From Callorhinchus milii (lineage: Eukaryota): a DNA stretch of 64,000 bases. Position numbers and translations under genes: made by a program. The stretch lies in contig NW_024704742.1 of the NCBI RefSeq assembly GCF_018977255.1, positions 46,316,001 through 46,380,000 on the forward strand. The letters run 5' to 3'. The notes under the pieces were generated by a model. It worked only from the letters and a program-made list of their open reading frames with translations. It was not told where the DNA came from and did not search any database. Positions within the stretch are counted from its first letter, which is position 1. Each line of letters starts with the position of its first letter. This document shows positions 48,031 to 61,684 of the stretch, piece after piece.

Positions 48031-49499
48031 CTATTATTATAAAAAAAACATAAATTGTAGAGGATAGCATTTGAGACAGAAGGAATTAAATAACCATCCT
48101 TTTTAAATATAGGCAAAGTATATTTATACTTGAAAATGATTTGGAAGAAACTAGCAAAAATGCCACACTGATGAATTCTAAAAACAATGCAACTAATACA
48201 AAATGTATACATTCAGACTGTGTTAGCAAATGACCATTTGACTCATCAGTGAATGAAATGTCACCTGAAGTTTATGGTGAATAAAATATTAATTTTCATA
48301 ATGTGTTATTTATTTGCTGATAATGCTAACAAGTGTCAAGGCAAGGTTATCAATGTGATGAAATGATGACTTTTTCACAAAAATTTCAGTCATTTCATGG
48401 TATCACAATTTTACTGCAAATTTCAGGGATTTTGTGAAATCAAAATTGATTTATAGATCTCTTTCTTTAGCTAGTTTGTGTTGTGCAACAAACTTATGCC
48501 CCCCATAAGTTTCAAGAGTCGTAAATTGATTAGTTACCTTGTAAATCCCACACTTACCCAGAAAAAGCTGGATGCCAATTAACACCAATCTTCTGTCGAG
48601 TGGGAAGAGCCTCCTTTGGAACTAAAATCAATGTGAGAGCAGGTCACTGGATATATGCAGGAATAATAGTTATAATGGGCACCTTACAAATTATATCAAG
48701 CTCTTTAAGAAGTCATCCTGATGGAGTGCTGTATGAATGTAAACTATATTGTATTATATATCCCATTGAAAAATCTGTCAAAGTTATGGGGTATTGCAGC
48801 CCCCAACCTTTGTTTCAATATCCAAACGATAGCTTTATGTCATTTTGAGGTTGAACGTGGTTCTGAATTTGCTCAAAGGATTTATCAATGAGAATAGTTA
48901 GCATGGATCCCATTTCAATATGCAGCACTCAACTGGCATCAATCAAGGGCATTTTCTTCTTGGATAAAGTTAAGCTCTGATGAGGATTGGTGAGTGTATG
49001 AATTATGCAATCCTCGTGGGTAATAACAGTACACTTGTCGATTTTTTTTCTCCGAGCATCACACACTTCATGATAATTTAAGAATAAAAATCTTTCTTGT
49101 TAAGTTACACTGTGGGGGTTTCTTTTTGGTGATTGAATTGCCATCTGTGCAATCCACAGCATGTTAAACTCTAGGGATGACAGCTAGACTGTGGTACAGC
49201 AGTTGCCTTCATATTTTTGCTGAACTATCACTTGGGAACTAAATATAATGGGAAGGCTTTCTGTACAGGGTATTGCCAACTTACGTAATTGGTTTACGTG
49301 CAACAAATTCACTTGAACCTTCTAGGTCACCAGAAGGATCTTGGAATGAGGCCAAAGTATGAACATTTAGTGCCACTGTGAGTTATATAATAATCGGTGC
49401 AGTTGGTTGCACGTTGCTTAAAATATCTATTAAGTTAACCAGCTCCTCTTTTGATTCCTTTTGGCTAGTCCTATATTGTTTATATTGCAATGCTCCTTT

Positions 49500-49946
49500 A
49501 ACAACAACAACAACAACAAGATTCCATTTATAGAGCGCCTTTCATGTCGGGAGGACGTCCCAAGGCGTTGTACAGTTGAGTCAGGACCCGAGCAAGGGGG
49601 AAATGGTCAGGGTGAGGGGAGGGAAGGGAGGGAGCGAGGAGGGGGTAGAGAGTTGAGAGGGGAGCTGAAGGCACGGTCAAAGAGAAAGGTCTTGAGACCG
49701 GCCTTGAAGGAGGAAAGGGAGGAGGCAAGGCAAAGGTACTGGGGGATAGAGTTCCAGAGCCTCGGGGCTGAGAGGCTGAAGGCCCGGCCAGCGATAGTAG
49801 GGCAGTTGGGGCGGGGGATGTGGAGCAGACCGGAGCCAGAGGAACGGAGGGTACGGGCGGGTAGGTAGGGGGATAGTAGGTCGGAGAGGTAGGAGGGAGC
49901 AAGGCCGTGAATGGCCTTGTAGGTGAGGGTGAGGATCTTGATTTCG
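49500..49946 (-). mobile_element. Young L2 3' fragment (about 450 bp)
   Basis: Nearly identical to 42105-42575; (AAC)n tail on the plus strand. Confidence 0.95.
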
Positions 49947-50234
49947 ACATGTTAATATAATTAATATCTATCAGCATCTTCAAACTTTCTGTTCAGCATT
50001 TCTAACATGCATGTTTCAATGCTTCCTCCTGTTCATGTTGCAGCTCCCTTTGTGGTGAGAGATAATACAGTTTTGACCAGGTGCAACAGGTGGCAAAAGG
50101 TTGGTTGCACAAGTACACAGCAATGCAAAGCGAATGTGTTATAACTAAAGTAAGCAACTGAACAAACACCTTCCTCTCTTTTGGGTCGATATTCTGGTTA
50201 ACAAACAATACTGGAGTAAAAGGCTCAGGATTCT

Positions 50235-50505
50235 ACGGGAGTTGAGGTGGAGAAGGGAAAGGCGGACAAAAACTTGTTTGAAGAGATAGGTCTGGAGAAG
50301 GATTTTTTACAGACAAAGAGTGAGGGGGCAAGGAAAGGCCAGAATGGCTAAATGCTCACACACTGATGGTGGGGCAGACTGGGTGAGGGACTGTAGGCCA
50401 CTGATTACCAGGCAGAGGGAGAAGTTGAGACACAACGAGGTCACAGAGGTTGTGGGTGATGCCTTAAAGGCATTGAAAGTGAGGATGAGAATCCTGAATT
50501 GTTTC
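50235..50505 (-). mobile_element. Old L2 fragment
   Basis: QFRILILTFNAFK motif; G-rich L2 antisense pattern. Confidence 0.65.
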
Positions 50506-51559
50506 AATTAACACATTCATTTGATTTCTATTAACTTTCCAAATTACAGAGACTGTCTTATTTTACACCATCTACAATTATGTATTTTGTACATAATTTT
50601 GGCCCCTCCCTGCCTTGATTAGGTATATTTCTAAATGATTGGTTGACACTATACAAAATTTGATATTTTATTGTCATTCTATAATGAGTGCTGCACATCT
50701 TTTTTGGCAAACATAAGTTTAAACTTGAAATCAAATAAGGCCATTAACAGGGCTTGCAAAATACTCAGTATTTCTTTTTCCTTTGGAAACACTATATTTG
50801 GGATAGTTTTTTATGATACATTGCAATATTTTGCTGCTTGTAAAGCATCCAAACAAAAATCAAATAATAATTTCATCCCTCAGATTATAATCAATGATGT
50901 ATTTTGGCTTTGGCTACTGTTCTAAGCTTTCTTGAATGGATTGATGTTGTTGCATAAAATGCATATCTATATCCTGGTGAGCCTATTAATTGTTAGCAAC
51001 AGCATCAAATGACATCCAGATAAATTGTAGGCTCTAAATAGGAATACACAAAAAAAACTTTGACTACGTGGTCGCAAACAAACTCTATTTCAGCTAGAAA
51101 CTGAGAAGAACCTTGCCTATATACAATATATTTGAAAGTATATCTATTGTCAGAAAGTACCTCTACTGAAGAAAGATTCTTGCATTTGACAGCAACATGG
51201 GAAGAAGCTAAACAGTCATCTGTCATCTCAAAGCATACAGGCTAATAAAACTTAGCTTTTGTATCATAGAAATTACAGCTCTGAACAAATTATGGTGTCA
51301 TCTGATATCCCTCTACAAGAAAAACATACCTTCTAACCCATCCCTTATTTACCTAGTCACAATATTGAGCCCATGCCCCCCACACCCATTATGTTTCACC
51401 AATCAATGTGAATAATTTATCGCAATTTATTTTCTCAAAACCTTTCCGAATTTTTCAATGCAGACTGCATCAATTTTGAGCCAATCTTCATAATTTCATC
51501 TCTAATATCATCTCTATACCATCTCTATATTATCTCTAATATGATCCAAGAACTGCAAA

Positions 51560-51895
51560 ACCATAGAAATATATAGCAAAATAGGAAGCCATTGACTCTT
51601 TTCATCATGTGAATATTTGCTTCTCCCAGAAGCTGATTTTCTTTCCTCATAACCTCTAATACCCTTCCTATGCTACATGCTTGTCTATTTTTTAAATGTC
51701 ACTATCAACTTCTGTACTTGCCACACCTGGTAAACCATTCCATACCTTGACAACCCTCTGAGAAAAAAAGGTCTTTTGAACCTCTCCATTTACTCCTCTC
51801 ATTACAAGCTTGAATTTGTGCCCTCTTGTCTTCATCTCTCCTACTAGCAGAAGAGTTTAGCACAATTAATTTTCTGAACCTCTTTCATTATCTTA
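51560..51895 (-). mobile_element. Old CR1 3' fragment
   Basis: ccatagaaatatatagc terminus; cattccataccttgacaaccctctg (rc RVVKVWN); ttgtgccctctt (rc RGHK). Confidence 0.7.
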
Positions 51896-52409
51896 CATGC
51901 CCATGTGTAACCTACACTGTATCCTTGGCATGCTGCCCTTCCTTCAGTGGCCTGTCCATAATTGGATGCCCAGAACTCAATTCAATGCAAAGGAGAGTGA
52001 TTCAGTCACAACAGAAGCAAGTATTTTCTTCCTTCTCGGGTGACATGTTTTTGGCCAACAGAAAAACCACACAGCAGCAGGTACCATATCCATATACAGA
52101 AACACATATTCTCTAAGTCACAGAGGAAGAAATAAAATGTGCTTCCAATCATCAGCAGAATTACAAGGATAGATGTAGCCTATGGGCATTGTGCCCTTGT
52201 GTAATTATTCTAATAGTTCTGCAAGGATTGACAGTAAATGTAATTATTATGTATGACACTGTCATAATAAATGAAGCACTACATTCTTCTGTATACCACC
52301 ACATTAAAGCAATAATTATACTTTGTGTACTGCTGTAAACTGCCATTCTGATCTTCATAAATTAAAATGCAGAAATGAACATTTCTATCATAACTTTACT
52401 TTTATGTCC

Positions 52410-52806
52410 AATAATAATAGTCCTTGCATTCAATACATCACCTTATATAAGGAGGATGTTTCAAAATTCTTTACAGCGCTTACAGTAAAGTGTAGTGACT
52501 GTATTTTGTTGGTAACCATGGAAGCCAATTTTCAATGTCCCACAAACAGCCATGAACTGAATAACTAATTTTATTTGGGGGATTGTTCACCAGGACACCG
52601 GAAGCAACTTGCTGCTGTTTTTAAGTTGTGTCATGGGTTTTTTGATGTCCACTTGAACAGGCAGACAAATGTGGGTTTAACATCTCATCTGAAGAACAGC
52701 ACCTCCAACAATGCACTACATCCCCAGGATTGATTGGAGTGTCAGGCTGGAATACAGGAGTTCAAAGACACAATGTGGGACCTCAACCCACAACCTTCTG
52801 ACTCAG
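52410..52806 (-). mobile_element. Deu-domain SINE, near full length
   Basis: Tail aataatagtccttgcatt...gtccacttgaacaggcagac...catctcatctgaag...cccacaaccttctgactcaga. Confidence 0.85.
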
Positions 52807-53252
52807 AATATATATCAACAGGGTTAAAAATTGTGATATGAAATGGAATTATTATACAACACAGAAATCGTGACCAGTTGAAGTCTGAACCCTCTTTACC
52901 CCACAAATACATCACAGTAGTTTAGTGCAAAGTTGACAATTAGCCTAAGGATGTCTGATTGAGTAATACATGTTAACATAGGATGCTATATAAATGCAAA
53001 TTGTTATTGTAACATTATTGCTACAAATTATTGATGTTTGTCAAAAAAATCTAGCTTGTGTTTACTGTAAAATTAACCTGAAAGGAGGATCAGCCATTTC
53101 CCTCTCTCCTTCTGCATAGTGCCGGACTGGTAGGAACATATCTTTATCCCTAAATGATCTTATTGATCCACAGCTGAAGTGTGTTTTCGATTTTATTTTT
53201 ATCACCAATACAATATAAGAGTAACACTGATAGCCCTGTTCTATATACAAGC

Positions 53253-53272
53253 ATATAATATATATATATATA
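53253..53272. repeat. (TA)n microsatellite
   Basis: atataatatatatatatata read directly. Confidence 0.8.
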
Positions 53273-54115
53273 ATTCTGTAACATTCAGCATGATTCAGTC
53301 ACCAATTCCTTGACTGTAACATATTGCTAACATAATATGATTATCTAGATCACTTAATACTGTATTTATGACATAATCAGCATGTTTTATTATCTTCCTT
53401 TTATTGCCATCAGGTACTGGAGACAAGTAATAAAAGTTGAGATGTATTCCATCACCTCAGCTAATAGCACCATTGGGAAATCCACAAGCATAGGCTGCAT
53501 TATCATGCAACCAAGTACATTCTTGTATTATTATTATTATTGGAGATGCCTATGGGTCTGCAAGTCTATTTTACTGCTTGGCCCTTTCGCGTGGAAAGGA
53601 GATGCTAATTGTTTCTAATATTGTAAACCTGTGTTGGAAACCAGTATGTATTTATCCAGTATTCATTTTTCTTGTATACATCCAATATCCAATGGACAAG
53701 TTCTGAAATGCTACATCTCACATTCCAGCAATGCCAATGTCAGCTTTGAGCCCAAAGTCAGCTCAGGGGAATCGCACTTGCAGCCAGTTGATAAATATTA
53801 ATTGTCCTCATCCACATTTCTCAAAGATGTGAGGGTTACCACCAGCCAGAATTATAGCATCACACCTCACAAATGTCATCCCATTAAGCGTGATCTCTGC
53901 CCCAGTATTACCTATTCATGCCAATCTTAATTTAGACATGGTAACTGGTATAGTTTGATTGTGTAATTGGCCTTCTTATATTGTCACACTATAATCCTGG
54001 ATCTGCTATCTTCTGTGCCACCTATTTTTGGTCATTTTTCCCTTGCATCACTGGTTCTGGACAACCACTGATACTAAGTTGCAATTACAAACATGCAAAC
54101 ACTATGCCTCCTCCA

Positions 54116-54412
54116 TGGAGACCTGTAGCTCAGTGGTTAGAGCACTCACTTTGCAAGTGGGAGACCTGAGTTCAATTCCAGGCAGGGCGAAACCTTGGGC
54201 AAGTTTCCTTACTCCACACGCCTAATAATAATCCCTCCAAAAACAATAATAAATTGGTCATTTTCAATCCACGACTGTTTGCAATTGGCTGCCGCGTTTG
54301 CCCTCAAGTATACAGTCAATTTACTTTACAGTATATTCTGTGAAGCTCTTTGGGACGTCTAGAAGACGTGAAAAACGTTATACCAAATGCAAGGATTATT
54401 ATTATTATTATT
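54116..54412 (+). mobile_element. tRNA/CORE SINE (short) with small internal deletion
   Basis: Full head; gactgtttg joins directly to caattggc, lacking the gtgggacactgctgtgc segment; (ATT)n tail. Confidence 0.93.
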
Positions 54413-54884
54413 GTGTTTTCATTACATTCAACTACTAGCCCCACCTCCTTTCTCACTATCCCAAAGCAATAAAACATCCCTCAGTCTCCTTCTTCATCCA
54501 ATCTGCACAATTTTAAAACCCAAATTTGTCCTTAGTGATAGAAACAGAAAGTGGTGATGAATCGATTGAAAGCTCTGCTGGGATAGGGCAGTGGAGGTTC
54601 AGAAGTGTCTGTTTTGGGTCACCTGCTGCTCACATTATTCAGAAATTAATTCAAAATTGAACATTGGGCAGCCCCAGATGTTAGCATGGTCAATCTGGCT
54701 TCAATATCACAAATACCACATTGCAAATGAAGTGTGAAAAAATGAATAATTTCCATTTTGTCAGGTTGCCACAGATAGTATTTTCTGCAATGCCCCCGTC
54801 ACATAACCACTACGTGCAAGAAGCACCACTGACATCACTTCCTTTGCAGAGTGACATCTGTGCCATTCCTGAAAAATGATAATA

Positions 54885-55230
54885 GTAATAATCATAATAA
54901 TAATCCTTGCATTTAATATAACACCTTATCACGTCTTCAAGATGTCTCAAAGCATTTTACAGAATATCATAGAATTATACAGTACAGAAGGAGGCTATTC
55001 GGCCCATCTTGTCTGTGCCGGCTCTTTGTAAAGAGCTATACAAATCAATCCCATTCCCTCGCTCTCTCCCCATTGCCCTGCCAACAAGTTTGTCCTCCTC
55101 AAAGAATTTTATTTGGGGAAATGTCAGCCTAGAATCTCCCTGCTCTTTTCGAGTAGGGCATGGCTGACGAATATACTGTAAAGTGTAGGGACTGTGTGTT
55201 TTATGGGCGAAACCTGGCAGCCAATTGCTA
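54885..55230 (-). mobile_element. Composite: SINE tail with nested CR1 3' end (54968-55105) and a Deu fragment
   Basis: aataatccttgcattt...acagaatat | catagaattatacagtacagaaggaggctattcggccc...| gaatatactgtaaagtg...gcagccaattgc. Confidence 0.8.
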
Positions 55231-55399
55231 CTATATATGCATGCAATACACAGGAAATGACATCAGAGGTCTGGAAATTGGGCATTTTTTAGTGTGGGGA
55301 AACCAGTTTCTCTGTGTACAAAGGTTTATGTACCATTGTTCCGGTTAGCATAGGTCTACAATAACACATCCAGGCACATTCCAACGCTATAACATGTAA

Positions 55400-55565
55400 G
55401 TGTTAATAATACCAAACTTGATTAAGTGAAGAATAGTAAGAGAAGTAGCATTAAAGAAGATCTGAACCAACTAATCAGATGGGTAAAGAAGTGACGGATT
55501 GATTTTAATGTAAGATAAAGCATTTTGGAACAAGAAGCAGTAAACATGCAGTATGAAATGAAGGT
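55400..55565 (+). mobile_element. Very old CR1 RT fragment
   Basis: gaagatctgaaccaactaatcagatgg (EDLNQLIRW)...tttaatgta...cattttgga follows the CR1 LQ.DL..L..W..FN..HFG pattern. Confidence 0.55.
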
Positions 55566-55649
55566 GGGAGGAAAGTGTACTTGGCTGCAACTGGTGATCA
55601 TTCACTGACTATGTCCTGTTAATTCTATCAGAAATGCTAAGTAGGCAAT

Positions 55650-56032
55650 GAATAATCTTTGTATTTTATATAGTGCTTTATCGTGTTGTTCAAATGTCTC
55701 TAAGTGCTTCATAAGATTTTACTGTGAAGTGTAAAGCCTGTGCATTTGTAGGCAAAGTCACTTTGTACACAGCAATGACCCACAAATAGCCATGTAGTTA
55801 GTGACCAATTTCATTTGGGGTAAATGTCAACCAGAACAACGGTAGAATCTCCTTGCTCTTTTCAAGTAGTGCCATTGGATCTTAATATTGCATCTGGATG
55901 GCATCTCCAACAATGCAGTGACCCCTCAACATTGCACTTGAATGTCAGCCTAGACTTAGACTTCTAAGTGACAATATGGGGCTTAAACCCACAACCTTCT
56001 GCCTCAGTTAGAGTGCTACTAATTGAACCAGG
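55650..56032 (-). mobile_element. Deu-domain SINE, near full length
   Basis: tagtgccattggatctta...gtcagcctaga...cccacaaccttctgcctcag...gtgctactaattgaaccagg. Confidence 0.85.
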
Positions 56033-57371
56033 CTGCAATAGGTTGCATCTAAAAGGTATTGGATTATAAATTGCAGATCTGAACTAATTCAATCATTCTT
56101 CATTGCTCATGCCTTTTACACTTGAGAATCAGCTTCATCCTTTTCCATTCCACTGGCACAGGGATCTTACCATGCCCCTTGTGCTGCCTTGACGACAGTA
56201 TAAATGTACAAAGTACTCCAGAAGCTACCTGACCAGGTCACTACAGCTTGAGCATAACTTCTGAACTCAATTGATTTGCCAGTGTAGCCGAACATTCTGT
56301 TTGCCTTGTGTCTTGCTGCCTCATAGTGTTAAATGGATGGGAATGCACCAAACACTTTATTAACAGTAACGTGTTCCCATAAAAATTATTAAGCAGAGGT
56401 AGAACCTACTTTCATTGCCTTATTGACACTCCCCATTTTTTATTACAAGGTTGTGAATCCTTGGCTTCTTTGGAACACTACCTCATTATCTGGTACAAAT
56501 TGTTTCTGGATAACTAAACCAAAAAGTTTTAAACAAGCTATTTCAACCTTAGCTTAATACTTAATACTGAATTCTTCCATGCTTGTAGAAGGAAAAATAC
56601 TTTGATCATTTGAACAAATGTAATGCATCTTAGACTTGCTAATATATATGTCTTTATACTGGTTAAAGCTTCACTGAAAGACTAGTTGGTTAAATGACTA
56701 CCATCTACATTAAGCCATTTTTTAAAAGATGTGAACAGTCAACATTTGGCATAATTTATGAATTGATACTAACATATTCACTGTGTAAAGTTCAATGGGC
56801 AGGATATCTCATAGATATACTCAGAGATAGAAATATTACTGTATGCATGCATACATATCAAGCTTATATCCCAAAAGGCAAGGCTGAAGCTGGTTCATAG
56901 CAAACATTTTCAATGAGTGTGTTTAACACCTGTAAAATTATGCAGAATCGGACTGGTCTCACATCTGTTAAACATGCAGCACAGAAATATGCATGCTAAT
57001 CCATCTGATGTGATCTGGTAACAAGAGGTTCACCTTCTGGAATAAATCAGTTGATTTGCTTAAATCCACATTAAGAATATAATTCCCTTTATCCCTATCC
57101 TTTCTATTCCTTGGGACTCTGCACTATTTGAAGGTCACAATAGGAAGGTAGCATAGACTGCTCTGCATATTCATTCAGTGCAGCTGCAGTCAATGGCACA
57201 CAAAAGTCATTGAGATGCCCCTGATGGAAAAGAGTACTCTGATTTTTTGACTGGTTATTAAATGTATTACGCTGAGACAAACATGTTAAAACAACGGGAA
57301 CCTCCTGTTATCACAATTTCAGTCAATAATTATCACACTGTTTACAGGTATAAACGCTTCTCTGATAATCG

Positions 57372-57679
57372 TGGAGTCCTGCAGCTCAGTGGTTAAAGTA
57401 TTCGCCTTGCAAACAAGAGGATGTGGGTTTGATTCCCAACAGGGCAAAATATTGGGCAGATCACTTTTCCAAGTTAATAATTCCTTAAAAAAAAGTAATA
57501 ATAATTTGGTCACTTAATCCACGACTGTTTGTGGGACACTGTGTTGCGAAATTGGCTGCCACATCTTGGCCACAAAATATACAGTCAATTCACTTTAAAG
57601 AATATTCTGTGAAGTGCTTTGAGATGTCTCGAAGACGTGATAAGGCGCTATTTCAAATGCAAGGATTATTATTATTATT
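57372..57679 (+). mobile_element. tRNA/CORE SINE with an alternative CORE deletion
   Basis: Head joins directly to ttgggcagatcacttttcc, then the shared tail. Confidence 0.9.
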
Positions 57680-57926
57680 TGACACAATTATTTATGAAAC
57701 ATTGTTTTTCACCCCTACTTCCCCATTTTCTAAAATTGTATTTGCAACCTTTTCACACTTTGCAGTCACATTTGCGGCCCATGTGACATTTACTGCATCA
57801 AATAAGCCAGAGGAGTTACCTCCCAATGTCGTTATCAAAGGTAAATATCATAGAGTTGCATTTCAGCTCATCTGATGTGGCCTTCGACTGCTGGTTAGTG
57901 GGATATCTGTTTTACTGATTCTTTGT

Positions 57927-58430
57927 TTGATTCCTGCTTGGACTTGGACCTCAAGAACATTAAGGTGGCTAGAATGTCACAAGCTGTCCTGTAATGATCT
58001 GCCCAACATGCTGAAGGCAGATGCCCACCAGATAGCTGATGAGGAAACTCTGAGACTCGGAATGAAAGCTGCTGGAAGACATTACCTGGAGTTTGAGTTT
58101 GTGAACACAGATTTGTATGTCCAGTGCATGAAATGCACCTTGAGTGGCCTGTAGAGAGGCAAGCAGTTGCTGCTTAAACTCCGCATCTTCAATTGGTGGA
58201 ACCATTGCTCAATGGGAAGGAATGTGTGCCTGAGCTGCGGACAGAAAGATGGTGGCAATGATCTCATCCTTTTCATGCTGAGATGTGCTGCCCACCAGGA
58301 TGCTCACAGGGAGTTCCTTGTATCTACCTGCCAGCTGTCAAAGACCCCTTTGCTTCAAATCATCAAGTTTCTTTGTAACCTTTTAGGAGGTCCTCTGCAT
58401 CTCAGAATCCACCAGGAAGGTCATGCTTGA
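57927..58430 (+). pseudogene. Putative relic of a non-LTR retrotransposon ORF C-terminus (zinc-knuckle region)
   Basis: 168-codon frame with one internal stop; GKQLLLKLR...GRNVCLSCGQ...D(L)(I)LFMLRC..H...REFL resembles the L.KLR...C..C...HF.L.C C-terminal motif. Confidence 0.45.
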
Positions 58431-59044
58431 TGCATCCTCTGCATATGGGTATTCCTCCTTCCGCGCTCCTTGCCCTTCCACGCATCACCAAAATATCCCT
58501 CACGTTGTTTTATAATTGCCTAAATGCCTCTATTAACTCTTACTATGTCTGGATGGTAAAATAAGCTTTCCACCCTTTCAGCTATCCCTTGCACTCAAAC
58601 ACTTGCACTCCACCACAGAATTAATACTCTCAGACACATTGGGGTTCATAAAACATGTTAATATGTAGCAGTAGCCAGAAAAAGTGGGCAAACATAAACT
58701 CAGTTTACTGGATTTCCTGCTGGGACTCCAGTATTTGTCACCTCAACTTGCAAAAATTTTGGCTCCAACCCAAGATCTCCCAAGAGGCAAAGCCAAAGAA
58801 ACACGAGTCCCAATTAGTACAAATACTGAGCTCTCTACTGTATAGCTAAGTTTAGATGTAGGACAGTCACATGGCAACTAACACTGCCAATGGAGTGTTT
58901 TAGAAACACATGCTAACTTCATCAGTATGAAACTTTCTTTTTTACGTAGGAATCATACTCAGCTTTTTTCAGTGACAATACCAGTTCAGTGGCAATGTGG
59001 ATCAATTTAAAAATAGGTGGCCTTAAACTACTATTAGGTTTGTA

Positions 59045-59290
59045 CCACAACAACATCAATTAGCATCTATACAGAGATATTTAAAGCACTTCACAAATCT
59101 GAGGGGAGCCTAGCTGAGAGAGAGCTAAGAGAGGAGGTGTGAGGAAGTGGATGAAAGCACAGTGAAAGAGGAAGGTCTTCTCACAGGATTTGAATGCAGA
59201 GAAAAGTGTTTGTGGAGGAATTGCGAGAGAGCATTCCAGAGGGAGTAAAGGTGATTGAAGCCTCACTTTATTCACTTAATGATGGTGGGC
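59045..59290 (-). mobile_element. Old L2 3' fragment
   Basis: FKSCEKTFLFHCAF; caacaacatc tail on the plus strand. Confidence 0.7.
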
Positions 59291-59654
59291 TAGAACTTCT
59301 AGGCTAAGGAGTCAGAACACAATCTCTAAATTTTACATTGGCATGATTTACTTTCGCATATGTTAAACAATTCATGCAAAATCGTATACACAATATGATT
59401 TATAATTACAACACACTCCATTGTGGTGAGTTTTCGAGCCAATGATTCCCCCATTTAAAAATGATCATAGCTATTGGAAGGGGACATTACAAATTGGATG
59501 GCATTTCCCACTAAATTTACAGAAACTCTGTGAAGTGTCTTGAGATGTTTGGACATGATAGGTGATTGTTAAATCCAAGGATGCTTGTTCTTATTCTAGC
59601 TTCTTTGTTTCATTATTATTTTTAGCTTTTAACCAGGGGAAGCACCTTGTTTTA

Positions 59655-60539
59655 TTTGCCCTGGATGAGAGCCAATTTTCTCTAGTTGAAAGACAACAAG
59701 ACCGAGATCCTCTTGCTTGGCTCCCGACAGCACCTCCTCACCTCAGGCGCTGACAGCATTACTATTCATGGATGCACTTTCCACCTCACAGAGTCAGTAC
59801 AGAACCTTGATATCTTGTTCGACCCTCAACTGTCTCTTAAATCCCACATCCATGCCATGACCCGTTCTGCCTTTCCCCACCACTGCAACATTGCCCACCT
59901 ACAATGCTACCTCACCCCTCCGGCCGCCAAGACCCTCATCCATGACTTCATTATGTCCAGGCTTGGTTATGGTAATTCCTTGCTCACTGGACTTCCTAAC
60001 TCTTCCCTCCTCAAGATGCAGATGACTCAGAACTCTACAGTTCATTTCTTCTCTTGTATTGAGTTCTGTCATCTAATCACCCCCATTCTAGCCCAACTCA
60101 ACTGGCTCCCATTCCCAGAGGATAGAGTTCAAGATCCTCGTCCTCACCTTTATGGCCCTCCATGTCTTGTTCCTTTCTACCTCTGGACCTACTAAAACAT
60201 TACCAAGCTGTCTGTTCCCTCTGCTCGACCAGCACTAGCCTTCTCCCTATACACCACACTGCCCATTCCACTATTGGCAGTTGGGCCTTCAGCCATTCTG
60301 CCCCACCTTCTTGAACGCCATCCCAGAGCCCCATCAGCCTCACATCCCCCCACCCCCCCACCCTCCTTCAAGGCCCATCTCAAGACCTTCCACTTCTACT
60401 ATGCCTTCAGTCATTTTTCCACACCCCTAGCCTTCCACCCCTCTTGATTCCAAACCCCAGTTCGGGTGCAAACTGTTCAGTGCCTTGGGACATCCTTCCA
60501 ACATGAAAGGCTCTACATAAATGCTGATTTGTTGTTGTT
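59655..60539 (+). mobile_element. L2 3' 0.9 kb, intermediate age
   Basis: KTEILLLGSRQ, NLDILFDPQLS, SRLGYGNSLL, LNWLP; tail ccttgggacatccttccaacatgaaaggctc...(gtt)n. Confidence 0.93.
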
Positions 60540-60676
60540 ATCTTTTGATTTCTGGATTCTTCAATGTCTACAGTAGAAAGCCAATTAACCACAGTAATTG
60601 GGATGGATCATTTGGGGATAAGAAAACAGTAGATGGATGTCATGTAGACAATTGGATGTCATAACAAATACAAGTT

Positions 60677-60790
60677 GTAATAATCCTTGCATTTGATATA
60701 GCGCCTTATCACGTCTTCAAGACGACTCAAAGTGCTTCACAGAACATACTGTAAAGTGAATTGACTTATATTTGGTGGGCTGCAGCACCA
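60677..60790 (-). mobile_element. SINE 3' fragment
   Basis: taataatccttgcatttgatatagcgccttatcacgtcttc... Confidence 0.85.
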
Positions 60791-61289
60791 ACTAAAAAAT
60801 AGTTCCATCAGGAATTATAATGTGACTGTTGTACCACACTATTCTACATGTTAACCTATGCTAATTCTCTTTTTCTCTCTGACACTTTCTCTGTGACTTT
60901 TCCTGACTTTTTTTCTTTTTCTTCTCTCTTCCAATTGATGGAACAATTATGAGGTTACTAGTATTATGTAACTGGTATCAGTGACCCCAGGTACCTCATA
61001 CATGCACAATATTTTGGTAGTACCTTGCAGGGCTAGCTCCATCCACCTGTGAGGTCTATATGGATAACTGAACATATAACAAGAAGTGTGCAGATCAATA
61101 CCATTCTATTGTACATCATTTAGGAGTTGAGATGCCATCATTGCTGTTAGCACCAAAATCAATGGTTGTAAGTAGGTACAAATGTTGAAATTATTGTAGC
61201 TAACCAGATTGACATCACAATGGCAGGTGAATATTAGTCTAATGTTTTATTTGGAATTAAATATTACCAAGGTATTATATTTTACATAT

Positions 61290-61670
61290 CAGCCTGATTC
61301 AGTTGGTAGCACTCTTGCTTCTGAGTTAGAATTTTGTGAGTTCCAAGGCCCAATTCAGAACGTGGAAACCATCTAATCTATACTGACTGTGCTGGGTACG
61401 TATTGCATTGTTGGAGGTGCTGTTTTTCAGCTGAAATGTTAAACCAAGGCCCTGCCTGTCTGTCGGGATGGATGTTAATAATCCCATGGCATTACTTGAA
61501 AAGAGAAGAGAGTTTTTCCCAGTGTCCTGGCCAACAATCCCCAAAATAAAATTGCTCATGCACTCCATGGCTGCCATATCTGCTCACAAAATACACAAAG
61601 TCATATTGCTATGAAGTATATCCTGCAAAGCTCTTTCAGATATTTCAATGACATGATATGGCATTACATC
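61290..61670 (+). mobile_element. Deu-domain SINE, near full length
   Basis: cagttggtagcactcttgcttctgagttagaa head; ggaggtgctgtttttcagctgaaatgttaaaccaaggccc...atcccatggca. Confidence 0.85.
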
Positions 61671-61684
61671 ATAGATTTTCATAA

